Assembly: GCA_010015805.1 (NCBI GenBank)
Contig: ML978122.1
Location: 1,646,453 to 1,710,452 of the forward strand
Source of the DNA: Rhizodiscina lignyota
Lineage: Eukaryota
Direction: 5' to 3'
DNA: 64,000 nucleotides
The translations under genes and the position numbers were made by a program. The notes under the pieces were generated by a model, which was given only the letters and a program-made list of their open reading frames with translations, did no database searches and was not told the origin of the DNA. Positions 1-9,685 of the stretch are shown piece by piece (position 1 is the stretch's first letter; every line of letters begins with the position of its first letter).

Positions 1-698
1 AGACTCCTGCACAAGAGCAAATTCGCGGGTCCAGACTTTGAAGCGAATGTTGGTACCAATTGAAGAGATTCTCTCGGAACAAATGAAGAGAGACGTGGAA
101 AATGCCGAAGAAATCCGACACGCGGTCTCTTTACTCGATCAAGCTATCGCCGGATCGAAACAGCATTTGGAATGGTTCCAGGCAAGCATCCAAAGTCAAG
201 TACAGACTGTAAGGGAACCGGAAGGATACTGAGAGTGCCTTACCTTGCCATTGCTGACAACGAGCAGATTTACAGCCTTACGAGCCAAGTAGATAGTCGG
301 ACGAACATCAATATGGCTGCGAGCGGCCAAGGACAGTATGTACATGCGCATCATCGGATTCGTCACCTTTGATTCCTCCCTGGGACATTTGTTGCTGTGA
401 GTCTGCTCCTGTCTTCCGGCCAGGTACGAGAAAGGCATTCTCTCAACTGATTTGGCATCGGCAGACGCTGTTTAGCACAAGCTTCTTCGATTTTCAACCG
501 GGTGACACACACAAGGTTGTCTCTGGCTGGATTTGGCTATATTGGACTGTTACTGCGGGCCTTACGCTGCTCGTTTACGTTGCATGGTGTTGGATGTCCG
601 GGTCGTGGCCATCGTGGACGCGCTGGAGCCAGAGCCAAGGTCGCCATTGGCACAAACGGACCGCATTCCCTGAGAAAGAAGATCGAGCTAAGATGTGA
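1..698 (+). pseudogene. 3' part of a fungal CorA-like transmembrane-domain protein gene, disrupted by two frameshifts
   Basis: GT-AG introns at 209-267 and 397-464. The reconstructed peptide is IYSLTSQVDSRTNINMAA/AAKDSMYMRIIGFVTF/FLPGTFVA|TLFSTSFFDF...VSGWIWLYWTVTAGLT, the typical DS..M..I..VT..FLPGTFVA..F..WLYW pattern. It needs frame changes at ~322 and ~371, and there is an in-frame TGA at 370-372. The 5' end is outside the window. Confidence 0.7.
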
Positions 699-922
699 AT
701 ATATTAAGCTTGGGGCGGGGACTATTCGAACCGATTCATGATGGGCGCAGGCGCCGACTCAGACTTGCAAGACGATGGCGACTTCACTGCTGTCAGGTCT
801 GAACCCCGAGCTCAGCAGATCCGACAGCGCAGAGAGACTTTGGACAGTTATAGCATTGACAGTTCTAAGGAATAACCATAAATACAGCTGACTAGGGAAT
901 CAAAAAGCCCGTTGCGAATTGA

Positions 923-2174
923 TTATACGATCGTCGACTTCTTCAACTTCAAGAACCGTATCGAGCCAGTCTCCGGCTGACAGTTCACATAATCAAAGTG
1001 TGCCTCACCCTTCTTCAGAATCGAGACTTCGTGCCAAGTTCTCAGTTTCCTTGTCGTGCCGAACTTCTTCTGATGTTTCATGAGCCCGGTGTAGATGGCC
1101 TTGTGTGTGGGGTGATGTTTGCTCCAATTCTCTGTCTCGCAGTTAGCGGCGTTGTGCAATCTCACGCTGCTCCACAAGACACTTACCTAAGTCCTCTAGA
1201 CAGCGGAAGAATCTATTATGGCACGGTACGATTAGCACAGTGCCCCATTCCGGTTTACGCTAAAGAGTACTGACCCAGCACCGCACGTCTCTCGCAGTTC
1301 ATGTCCGTCAGGCGCAAGATTTCGCAGGAACCTCAACCCGCAGTTCCCAGACTCAACCGGAGTATCCCACAAATAACCTGTTGGCGCGCGAACTAAGTTA
1401 GCAATGCTACGATAACGAATTGCGATGCAGAATCTTACCTAATCCCTTGAGCAGCGTCGGTTCCAAAAGAGTTTCGTAGGCCTCACGCTCCTCTTCATTA
1501 GTGTTCTCCCAAAACTGACCCGAGCGGATGTGTGCCATGTTGTCGTAGTTGATTCCGACAAGACGCTCGCCCAGACCTGCAGGCACTGGGTCTGGCGGGG
1601 CAGAGACACTATCGTCGACGCGCTCAAAAGCATCCCAGCCAGATCCGGGCAGACGATCACGCGCAGCGCCCCAATATGCCGACAGCTTATGTCGCTGTCT
1701 GTCGGCGCCTGGGATTTTGCCCAAGCCAGGAAGGTAGTCCAGCCCAGAGTAGTTGGTTTCAAGACGGCCTGCCGGAGTCTCGAAAGCCTCGCTCCATAAG
1801 CCGACGGAAGACCGGGCATCGCCGAGCTGAGCATAGAGTTGAGGTAGATTGAGGGCATCGAGACTCGCTTTCCATGTCTCTGCGTCGACCCAATACGCGA
1901 CCCAGGTGATGCTGCCTTTGACGTCGCCTCTGACGACTGAGAAGTCCTCTGAGAGTACTGGGCTGTGAGAGGGGTTCTTTACCCAGTGATTGACGGCAGA
2001 GATCGCTTTCTGAGTTGCGTCAAGAGTAGCTTGATCTTGGTTGTGCGACTGGACTCCAACATAGGTGGTAAAGACACGGTCAACGCCCTCTGGGAGTTGA
2101 AGTTTCCATCTTGGAATAGGAGGTTCGTGGCCGTCTGGTTGATTTAGGGGAAATTTACGAACTGGGCAAGCCAT
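923..2174 (-). CDS. oxd: Heme-containing aldoxime dehydratase (phenylacetaldoxime dehydratase family), 4 exons
   Basis: Motifs AYWGAARDR, HIRSGQFW, LEPTLLKG, RETCGAGFFR, HPTHKAIY and LRTWHEVS. ATG at 2174, intron at 1378-1438, and two more GT-AG introns between ~1130 and ~1275. Confidence 0.9.
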
Positions 2175-3127
2175 ATTGTTGCAACAACGGAGATAAGTAA
2201 ATAAGAACTCTAAAGAGATTACAAGACCGTAATAGAGCACTGAGGTGGAAAGTATCAATACAGTAGTTTATATATTCGAAGGTCTACAACAATCAAAAAG
2301 GATGTCTAGAAAGCGACTTTTATGAAGTTACGAGATGAATGACGGGTGAGATGTCACAAAAGCCCTCCAAGTCGGGTGCATAGCCGTGGCATCGCCTCTT
2401 ACGCGTGAATGTGGGGAAAGAAGGTGGAGGTGACGCTGCCAACTACACAAAAATAGAGCCGATGTCTAGGCCGCGAGGTGCATAAGTTGCAGACAAGGCG
2501 AGATTTGTTTGCTGGAGTAGTTTGAATCTGATGCAAAGCCATTTCCCATCAAGAAACGGAACGAAGGGCATATCAGAACCGAGGAACAGCGGCATGCCGG
2601 CGCTCGCTAAACTCGCTAAACTCGCTTATGGTACCATTTCAGGTGTACATATTTGTCGCTTCGCTCGCTCGAAATTGTAGAAGAGAAGAAGAGACAGAGG
2701 GTGTCAAAAGAAGCGCCGATAATAAGATCTAGGCATAAGCTAGTATGACTCCGCTCTCAGCAGTATGGAGTACTCTACAGCCGTACCCACTCACTATGTG
2801 CTTGCAGCTTAGTTTCGCAGCAACGAGAGGTACGCAATGTAGGCGATACTCAGAGTAGCCAATCATGCGAAAAGATTCCATTATTCTCAAGGAGCCATTG
2901 CTCTTCAACTGATGTGGGATATATCTCGCCAGTTCCCCGCATTGGCAAGAATTATCAATTTTGTCTTCCTCCTTGAGTCCTTGCTCACCCTTTCCTACAA
3001 GTTCCATATCTCCCACTTGTCAGTCTTCATACTTTTGGTCCTCCCTTCCTGTCTACTCTGTATCAGACAATCGCGTACACAAAACTAGCGCCTCTTTGCA
3101 GTCCAGTTCCGCAATTGCCCGGCAACC
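2175..3127. promoter_or_regulatory. Divergent promoter region shared by the aldoxime dehydratase and the nitrilase
   Basis: Head-to-head genes 953 bp apart. TATA-like tttatata near 2267, tandem CTCGCTAAA units at ~2603-2628, and a pyrimidine-rich tract before the nitrilase ATG. Confidence 0.55.
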
Positions 3128-4132
3128 ATGCCAAAAATCCTCAAGCTCGCTGCTGCACAATGCCGCACGCTGAGCACTACAGCTGAGACGCTCGCACAGC
3201 TAGAAGCCAAGACGAAAGAGGCCGCAAGCACCGGCGTCGACCTCATTCTGTTTCCGGAAGTCTATCTCGGAGGCTATCCGAAGAGTGCATCTTTCGGAGC
3301 AGTTGTCGGTGAACGAACAACAGACGGGTACACCCAGTATCTGAAGTACTGTCAGGGCGCTGTGGACCTTGGGGACACCCCGATAGGAGATGTTGATGCT
3401 TGGGTGGACAGAAAACTGGCAGTACCAAGAGGGACGGATCACCGAGGCGATGGAACGAGAGAAGAACTCGAGCGAATCGCTAAAATGACCGGTGTATTCA
3501 TCGTTTCGGGGGTCTTAGAACGAGCCGGAGGAACACTCTACTGCTCAGTCGTGTACGTCTGCCCGAAGCTCGGAACCATTGGCAAGAGGCGAAAAGTCAT
3601 GCCCACTGGCTCCGAACGACTCGTCTGGGGTCAAGGCAGTCCAAAGACTCTACGTGCCGTGACCACGGAAATTCGAGGAATAAAGCTGACTCTGGCTGCG
3701 GCCATTTGCTGGGAGAACTACATGCCTCTCTTACGTCAGGCACTTTACCAGCAAAACGTTAACCTCTACCTCGCTCCTACTGCCGACGGACGGGATACAT
3801 GGATGCCACTGATGCAAACTGTTGCCTTTGAATCGAGAGCTTTCGTTGTGAGCTGCAACCAGGTATATACAGAGGAACAGTTACCGGAATGGATCGACCG
3901 CAGGAAGGGCGACAATTCCGTGGTTAGCCGAGGCGGCTCCAGTATCGTGTCGCCATTTGGAAAGGTATTGGCTGGGCCATCTTGGGAAAAGGACGGAGAT
4001 CTGCTCGCTGTTGAGGCAGACTTCGAAGACTGTGAACGAGGCAGACTCGACCTGGATGTTGCTGGCTCTTACTCGAGAAATGATTCATTTACGTTCGCCG
4101 TCGAGGGGCTCGATCTGTCGCCACCGCAATAG
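3128..4132 (+). CDS. Nitrilase (carbon-nitrogen hydrolase), intronless, 334 aa
   Basis: Glu-Lys-Cys triad motifs [18 protein letters not shown] and ICWENYMP; C-terminal [10 protein letters not shown]. Confidence 0.95.
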   Translation: MPKILKLAAAQCRTLSTTAETLAQLEAKTKEAASTGVDLILFPEVYLGGYPKSASFGAVVGERTTDGYTQYLKYCQGAVDLGDTPIGDVDAWVDRKLAVPRGTDHRGDGTREELERIAKMTGVFIVSGVLERAGGTLYCSVVYVCPKLGTIGKRRKVMPTGSERLVWGQGSPKTLRAVTTEIRGIKLTLAAAICWENYMPLLRQALYQQNVNLYLAPTADGRDTWMPLMQTVAFESRAFVVSCNQVYTEEQLPEWIDRRKGDNSVVSRGGSSIVSPFGKVLAGPSWEKDGDLLAVEADFEDCERGRLDLDVAGSYSRNDSFTFAVEGLDLSPPQ

Positions 4133-4326
4133 CGCGACTCCTTTGGTACATTGGTCGTCGGAAAAGAGCATCGATCTGTATTATTACTCTTTTCCCCATC
4201 GCTCCAAGTTCAGAGGTAATGTTGGATTCACCATCGGCGGTCTTTCGTACGCCGATAGTCCCCGATCGAGCATTGACAGTAAGCACGGACTCTTGAGAAA
4301 TCTTCGAATACACGCATCTTAGTTGA

Positions 4327-6374
4327 TCAGTAGGACCACGCGGCGGTCAAAGGCGTTGACGAGGAATTCGGCGATGCACTTGACCGAGCTGTTGAAGTAG
4401 TTGCGAATAGGCTGTCAATGAAGGTATCGACCAAGTTTGGCGATTGCGTGCTCAGCAACAATTCCCAACCTTTTGCGAGCGGCTCATTCATGGCGAGATG
4501 ATAGTAAACGCAGCTTGAGGTGCGATTTTGGTTGATCAGCGAGGTATGATCATAAAAATCGACAGTCAAGTTTCGTGGAGAATCGTCTGAGCCTCTCTCC
4601 CAGGAAGCGCGGCCCACAGCTTGAGGAGGGAGTTTCATTCCGTGGGATGTGCCATGGTCGGTGCCTGTAGGCTGGATATAGTAGGAAACGAATGTTTTGC
4701 CCTCGGTATCCGGTAGGAGGATCGGGACGATCCTCGAATGCGCCGATCCAAGTGGACTCTTTCCTTTTTGAGGATACAAACGAGGACGATCTCTCTCCAT
4801 GTGGCTCTGGAACAAGCTCAAATTCTCGAGCGTGCTCGCAAAAGCATTTCCGTTGTATAGACCTTCTTGGCCTATCGCGTGCAGCTTCGCTGATATCCAT
4901 TGCCGCCAGGAAAGACTATAACAGAATTGAGCGCCAAGATAGAGAAGTGGAATGAAGCCAAACTTCAGCGCATTGCAGGCCAAGTATGGGCGTTCTTCTA
5001 TCTTCCTTTGATCTTTGTCGCGGAAAACGCTCTCGAGAATCCGCATATTGTGGTAGACGTACGCATAGGCTGAATACTCATAGGACTCGTCCTCTCCTGT
5101 TGCGCAGCAGAGCATCCACATAGTGCGGCCCATATAGCAGTTGTACAGCGCAGCGCCCATTGCCGCATCCATACAGTCGATCTTTTGCGGCTGCGGCGGA
5201 ATGGCTAGATCATCAAACGAGCTCCAGCTGTAGCCATTCTGTAGAGTGGTATGCGGCGAATCGTCGTAATTGCGGAATATGTGTGTTGCTGATTCTTTCC
5301 ATCGCCGCAAGTCGTTCTGAAAATCCATGATTGTCGCAATGTCTACCATGGTTGAAGCGTCACTGAGAGGCGTCCAGATGGCACGATTCATCTCCCCACG
5401 GGAGCATATTAAATCATACAGCTGCTGCCTTTCTTGTGCAGCCGAGGCTGAGGGAGGCATAGACGTGTAGTCAGGGGTCATGACTCCAGGACTACCAGAG
5501 AGTTGAAATTCAGGTAGAGGGAGGATAATCTGAGCAACAAGCTCAATTTCTCGAGCTGTCATAGCCAAGACTTCTCTGTTTTGAAGATGAATGTTCTCAG
5601 CATTGTACAGATGCTGCTCAGCTGCTCGGAAATGGCGAAAGGCAGCCGCTGCATTTCCAGCGAAGAACTGTGATTTACAGCTTAGCCTATCGCATGTTTG
5701 AATAGGTAAGAGGGGAAACAAACCTCGAAATAGACAAGGAGTAGGAGGACTGCAATCAACATCTCGCAGTCTGAGGGGTTGTCATTGAAGTATTGCCCTG
5801 AGATCTGCCTCAGGACATTACTGTAGTCGGAGAAAGCAACAATTCTCGTGTCTAGTCCTCTCCATCGGTCATTTGGTTTCGAGAGGAGCAGTGCAGACCT
5901 GTGCATGGTACCCAGTGCACAAACCATGTCAAACACATATTCAGAAGCCCAGGCGACCTCCAACAGATGGTCACGCCAGAAGAACAGGTGTTCTGGCCGG
6001 AACAGAAGCTTCACGGTCTCCATGGAATACTGATGGTGCGCCAAAACGTAACGTGCTCTCGGGTGTGGTCGCTGTGATTCATTTGGATTGTTCGGAAAAG
6101 CTACTAATGGCGTATTCTCGATTGGAGTATCAGGGACGACGGCAGGAGTGCTATGCGGGCTGTTTTCGGAGGTCCTCCTGTTGATTGGGACGTGTCTCGG
6201 ACTCTGATAGCCACTGCAAGAGATGTTGGCAGCTTTACACCGCTCGCAGAAGGGCTTCCCCTCGTCGCACTTTACGCGACGCTGGCGACAAGTGAGGCAG
6301 CCCGTCCGAACTCGCTTCCTTCGCTCTGGCATGGTCGCAGCCGTTGTCCGACGATCGCGCGACAATGAAGGCAT
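4327..6374 (-). CDS. Zn2Cys6 fungal transcription factor, 2 exons (intron 5668-5723)
   Basis: RVRTGCLTCRQRRVKCDEGKPFCERCKAANISC binuclear cluster. A GT-AG intron with a gctaag branch site joins the two ORFs in frame. Confidence 0.9.
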
Positions 6375-7161
6375 ATGGCACGAACTTGGAACTTATACAG
6401 GCGGTCAAAAGTGCCCGAAAATACGACTTAGCCGTATGCGTACTCGTTTAGCGCGTCCAGTTGAGCGCTCTAAATCGCTTGTCAGCATGTGCTTCGTCGA
6501 ATCTAACTCGACCATTTTGCAACGAACACTTTGTGGTTAAATGGCACCGGGTGTGCTTCTCAAGAGCCAAATGAGCGGAATATGGGCCAAACGGCCTGAC
6601 AAAGCAGTCCGATATATGACCTTTCCAACGTCTCCCAATTCCAGCAACTCTGGGCGCAAGGGTCTCGAATGACGATGCCCTTCCCGACGCGTTGGGCACA
6701 GCGGGGACCTTGCTACCGTTGGCGCGAAAACCCTACGCACTGATGTTCCCTTTCTTGGCAGCGAATTGCTTCCAAACTTTCGGCAAGATAGCCTGTTTTG
6801 TGAATTAGCTAAAGCATGTCCTGCTTATGTGATCGTGCTCTCTGCGGGATAGGATGCGGGGTGGTCGATTGGCAAGCTCTAGCTATCTCCAGCTGAGAAC
6901 GGAAGTGTCTGAAGTATCGCCAGGAAATGCAGCCTCGAAAAACTTCAACTTCCTGCGAATTTGCCGCCTTACATACTCACGCCATGGCCCGACTCTTGCC
7001 CAAGTAGCGGGAGGAGTCGCATCTGCATTCTGTAAGCCCTGCAAAAAACCCGCACTCCTCAAATTGGTCATCTCCACGACTTCTCCGAGGGCCGGGACTT
7101 GCCGACGTCACTAAACGTTCGTCTATCATATATGCGAATTATACGTCACTTCCAAGGACTT

Positions 7162-7268
7162 TTTCTCCGATAAAGCGTCGACTTATCTCCTAGGACTTCT
7201 TAGAACGACTGACCTGTTTCCCTCTCCCTTTCGTATTCTTGTCATGGAGAGTCGGCAGAAACACGGAA
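7162..7268 (+). repeat. Diverged direct repeat, copy 1 (pairs with 13381-13481)
   Basis: tttctccgataaagcgtcgacttatctcctaggac...gactgacctgtttccctctccctttcgtattcttgtcatggagagtcggcagaaaca aligns to copy 2 with 9 substitutions and 2 indels (manual alignment). Confidence 0.9.
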
Positions 7269-7408
7269 CTCCATTCATCCGCTTCCTTTCCTCTCTATGT
7301 GATTAGACTTCTGTACAGAGCCGAAATCGACTCCTGGATCTTTGTAGCTTCTTCCAAATACAATTTGAATCATCTAAACACTCAACTTCAGCGAGTTATG
7401 AAAGCATT

Positions 7409-8422
7409 TTAAACAAAGTCACTTGTCATCTTCTCACACCAGTTCCAAAATCTCTCCGCGTCTCCCCCACCGCCATCACTTTGCCTTTTCAGATGTACCT
7501 TGATGTCAGATCTCACATCCGCTAGTCTTCCCCACGGAATGACCCAGTCTCCCTTGCTCCCCTTTTCCATGTCTATAACCTCCTCGCTCCATCCAGCAAA
7601 CAGCGGCGAATAAGCTCCCATCTCCAGAGGATACAAATACGTCTTCAGCATGAACCAATACACCAGCCAGTGGATATGCCTGCCAAGGTCGGAAACAACA
7701 TTCCCCGGGTCCCACGAGACGCTCACAATGCTCTCTTTGTCGGAATTGGTTCCATAGCGACGGGACATCTCGACGGCAAGATACAGCATGCCGACTTTAC
7801 TCTGCATATAGTTCCGCAGTGAGTTGCTCGTGTCTGGCGCGCCGCTGTTCGCATCCCACACCATGCCTCCCCGTGGCGCCCCGACAGTGACCGCCATGCT
7901 GCTAGCCCAGGTCACGCGAACCGATCCCGGCGGTGATGCCGCCGCCGTGCGCTGGAGGACAGGGAGGAGACAGAGGATCAGTGCAAAGTGGGCAAGGCAG
8001 TTGACACCGACCTGCATATCATGGCCCTGCGCCGTCGCGCTGGCCTTCGGCGGGATCATAACTCCCGCGTTATTAGTCAGAACATCCAGCCTCTGCTCTC
8101 TGCGTTTGAACTCCTGCGCCGCGGACTTTACGTTGGCCAGGTCGGCGAGATCGCAGGGTATAAATTCAAGACGGCCAGATGAGTTGGGGAGAGATTTGCG
8201 GAGGGATGAGATGGCGGTGTCGGCCTTTTCGCCGCTTCGGCCGAGGATATATACGAAGGCATTCTTTTCGTAAAGGTGTTTAACAAGCTGGAGGCCGATC
8301 CCAGTATAGCCGCCAGTGACAATGTGCACACGTCCGCTTTGATCGGGAAGGTGAGCTGGAATAAAGGCGGGAGGAGGGATGTAGTACGTGTGGTCGAGGA
8401 GTTTGGAGAATGTCTCACCCAT
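7409..8422 (-). CDS. Short-chain dehydrogenase/reductase (retinol dehydrogenase-like), intronless, 337 aa
   Basis: VTGGYTGIG Rossmann motif, NNAGVM, and YMQSK (YxxxK). Confidence 0.92.
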   Translation of the reverse strand: MGETFSKLLDHTYYIPPPAFIPAHLPDQSGRVHIVTGGYTGIGLQLVKHLYEKNAFVYILGRSGEKADTAISSLRKSLPNSSGRLEFIPCDLADLANVKSAAQEFKRREQRLDVLTNNAGVMIPPKASATAQGHDMQVGVNCLAHFALILCLLPVLQRTAAASPPGSVRVTWASSMAVTVGAPRGGMVWDANSGAPDTSNSLRNYMQSKVGMLYLAVEMSRRYGTNSDKESIVSVSWDPGNVVSDLGRHIHWLVYWFMLKTYLYPLEMGAYSPLFAGWSEEVIDMEKGSKGDWVIPWGRLADVRSDIKVHLKRQSDGGGGDAERFWNWCEKMTSDFV

Positions 8423-9229
8423 TTCTCTCCGGTTTGGGGGTGAGCAAGCATGTGCTAGGGCTTGTATTAGCTAGGGAGACGAGAAATAGTACCGATTAGC
8501 AGTACATCATGTGTGGGATGATATCAAAGAAAGTTAATTTTAGTAGAATTGGACGCTATCAATGAAGTAGCTAAGAATTGTGCAGTTGGGTTACTTCAGA
8601 GGACGATGGGGAATCAAGTTGTGCAAAAGCCCTTAAATCAGGAGTAAGGTGCTGACACGACTAGCTCTAAGCGGCAACGACGTCGACAGCCTCCTATTCT
8701 AGATAAAGGGGCTCCCCACTCCACGTGCACTCTATGCTTCCCCACGATAAATCAATCTTTGAAGCTACCCTGCACGACGCCTGCCGATATGCAGCAATAG
8801 ACGAATTCATAAAGTTTCAGGCGCAAAGCACTTCTACCTTAGGACGCATGTGCTGCTGCTTTAAAGATTACCTGAACCAGGATGAACAACGTGCCTTCAT
8901 CCGGAAGCCCCTTAAGGTTGAGTTAACTCAGGGCTGGAATCATCTTCCTGGTTGTTTACCTCGAGAGTTAGAGGAAAGATTCTAGGTGGAAACTGAACTG
9001 GTGAATTATTATGCCCGCCGGGACCGAAGTAATTGTAATAAACAGTTAAGAGTGAGTGGTCAGTATGTTGTGATCAACGACACTAAGTCTCAGAGAGAGC
9101 TTAACGCACCAAGCGCAAACATTCGTAAGACTCGAAAAGCTGGAGCTGATCGATTCGCTAATACCATTGGCAGAGACTGCGGCTATCAAGAAAACAGTGA
9201 AGAAAGTATATGAAGTCGAAATATTGCGA

Positions 9230-9519
9230 AGAAAAAAAATCCAAAAATCCCAAAAAAAATTCGAAGATTGGCTAATAACGGGTATTGTTGTACAATAAGA
9301 TTATGCTACTAGATCTACAATAGATACTTATAACGTTTTAAGGCCTTTTTAAATATATCTCTATAAGTTATGATTATAAAATACCTAATATAGCTAGATC
9401 GTTTAATAAATAAAGTAAACAGTTTAAATCTAACCAAAATCAAATCAAATCAAACCGTTATATAATCAAATTATTCAAATTCAAACTAAACCGTTTAGGG
9501 TTTAGTTTGATGGATACTG
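9230..9519. mobile_element. AT-rich, RIP-like degenerate transposon end (possible hAT-type terminal repeat)
   Basis: Sharp drop in GC with abundant TpA, tandem (t)caaat/caaac units, and a perfect 12-bp inverted repeat at 9481-9492/9499-9510. The minus strand from 9519 reads CAGTATCCATCAAACTAAACC. Confidence 0.5.
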
Positions 9520-9685
9520 TTTTCGCTAGATTGCTCTACTCTAGTCTCGTTATAGTTCAATATGGACTAACCCTAAAGCAACAAAGCAAGAGCCTTACGT
9601 ATGAGTGCCAATGGCTGCTGATCTGTTGTTCTCCATGGATTCTCGAAATTTGTTCCTATCATATTCGCGAAGTTGAAGAAAGCCA

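Noticed and set aside
3128..4132. Intronless nitrilase as evidence of bacterial horizontal transfer
   Set aside because: Several ordinary genes in the window are also intronless and the partner oxd has three introns; a phylogeny would be needed.
8725..9213. Two abutting short ORFs that might be a decayed transposase C-terminus
   Set aside because: No DDE, HTH or other recognisable motif; cannot be supported without a search.
9495..9505. TTAGGG telomere-like sequence
   Set aside because: Only one unit, and it is part of the inverted repeat in the AT-rich relic; not a telomeric array.
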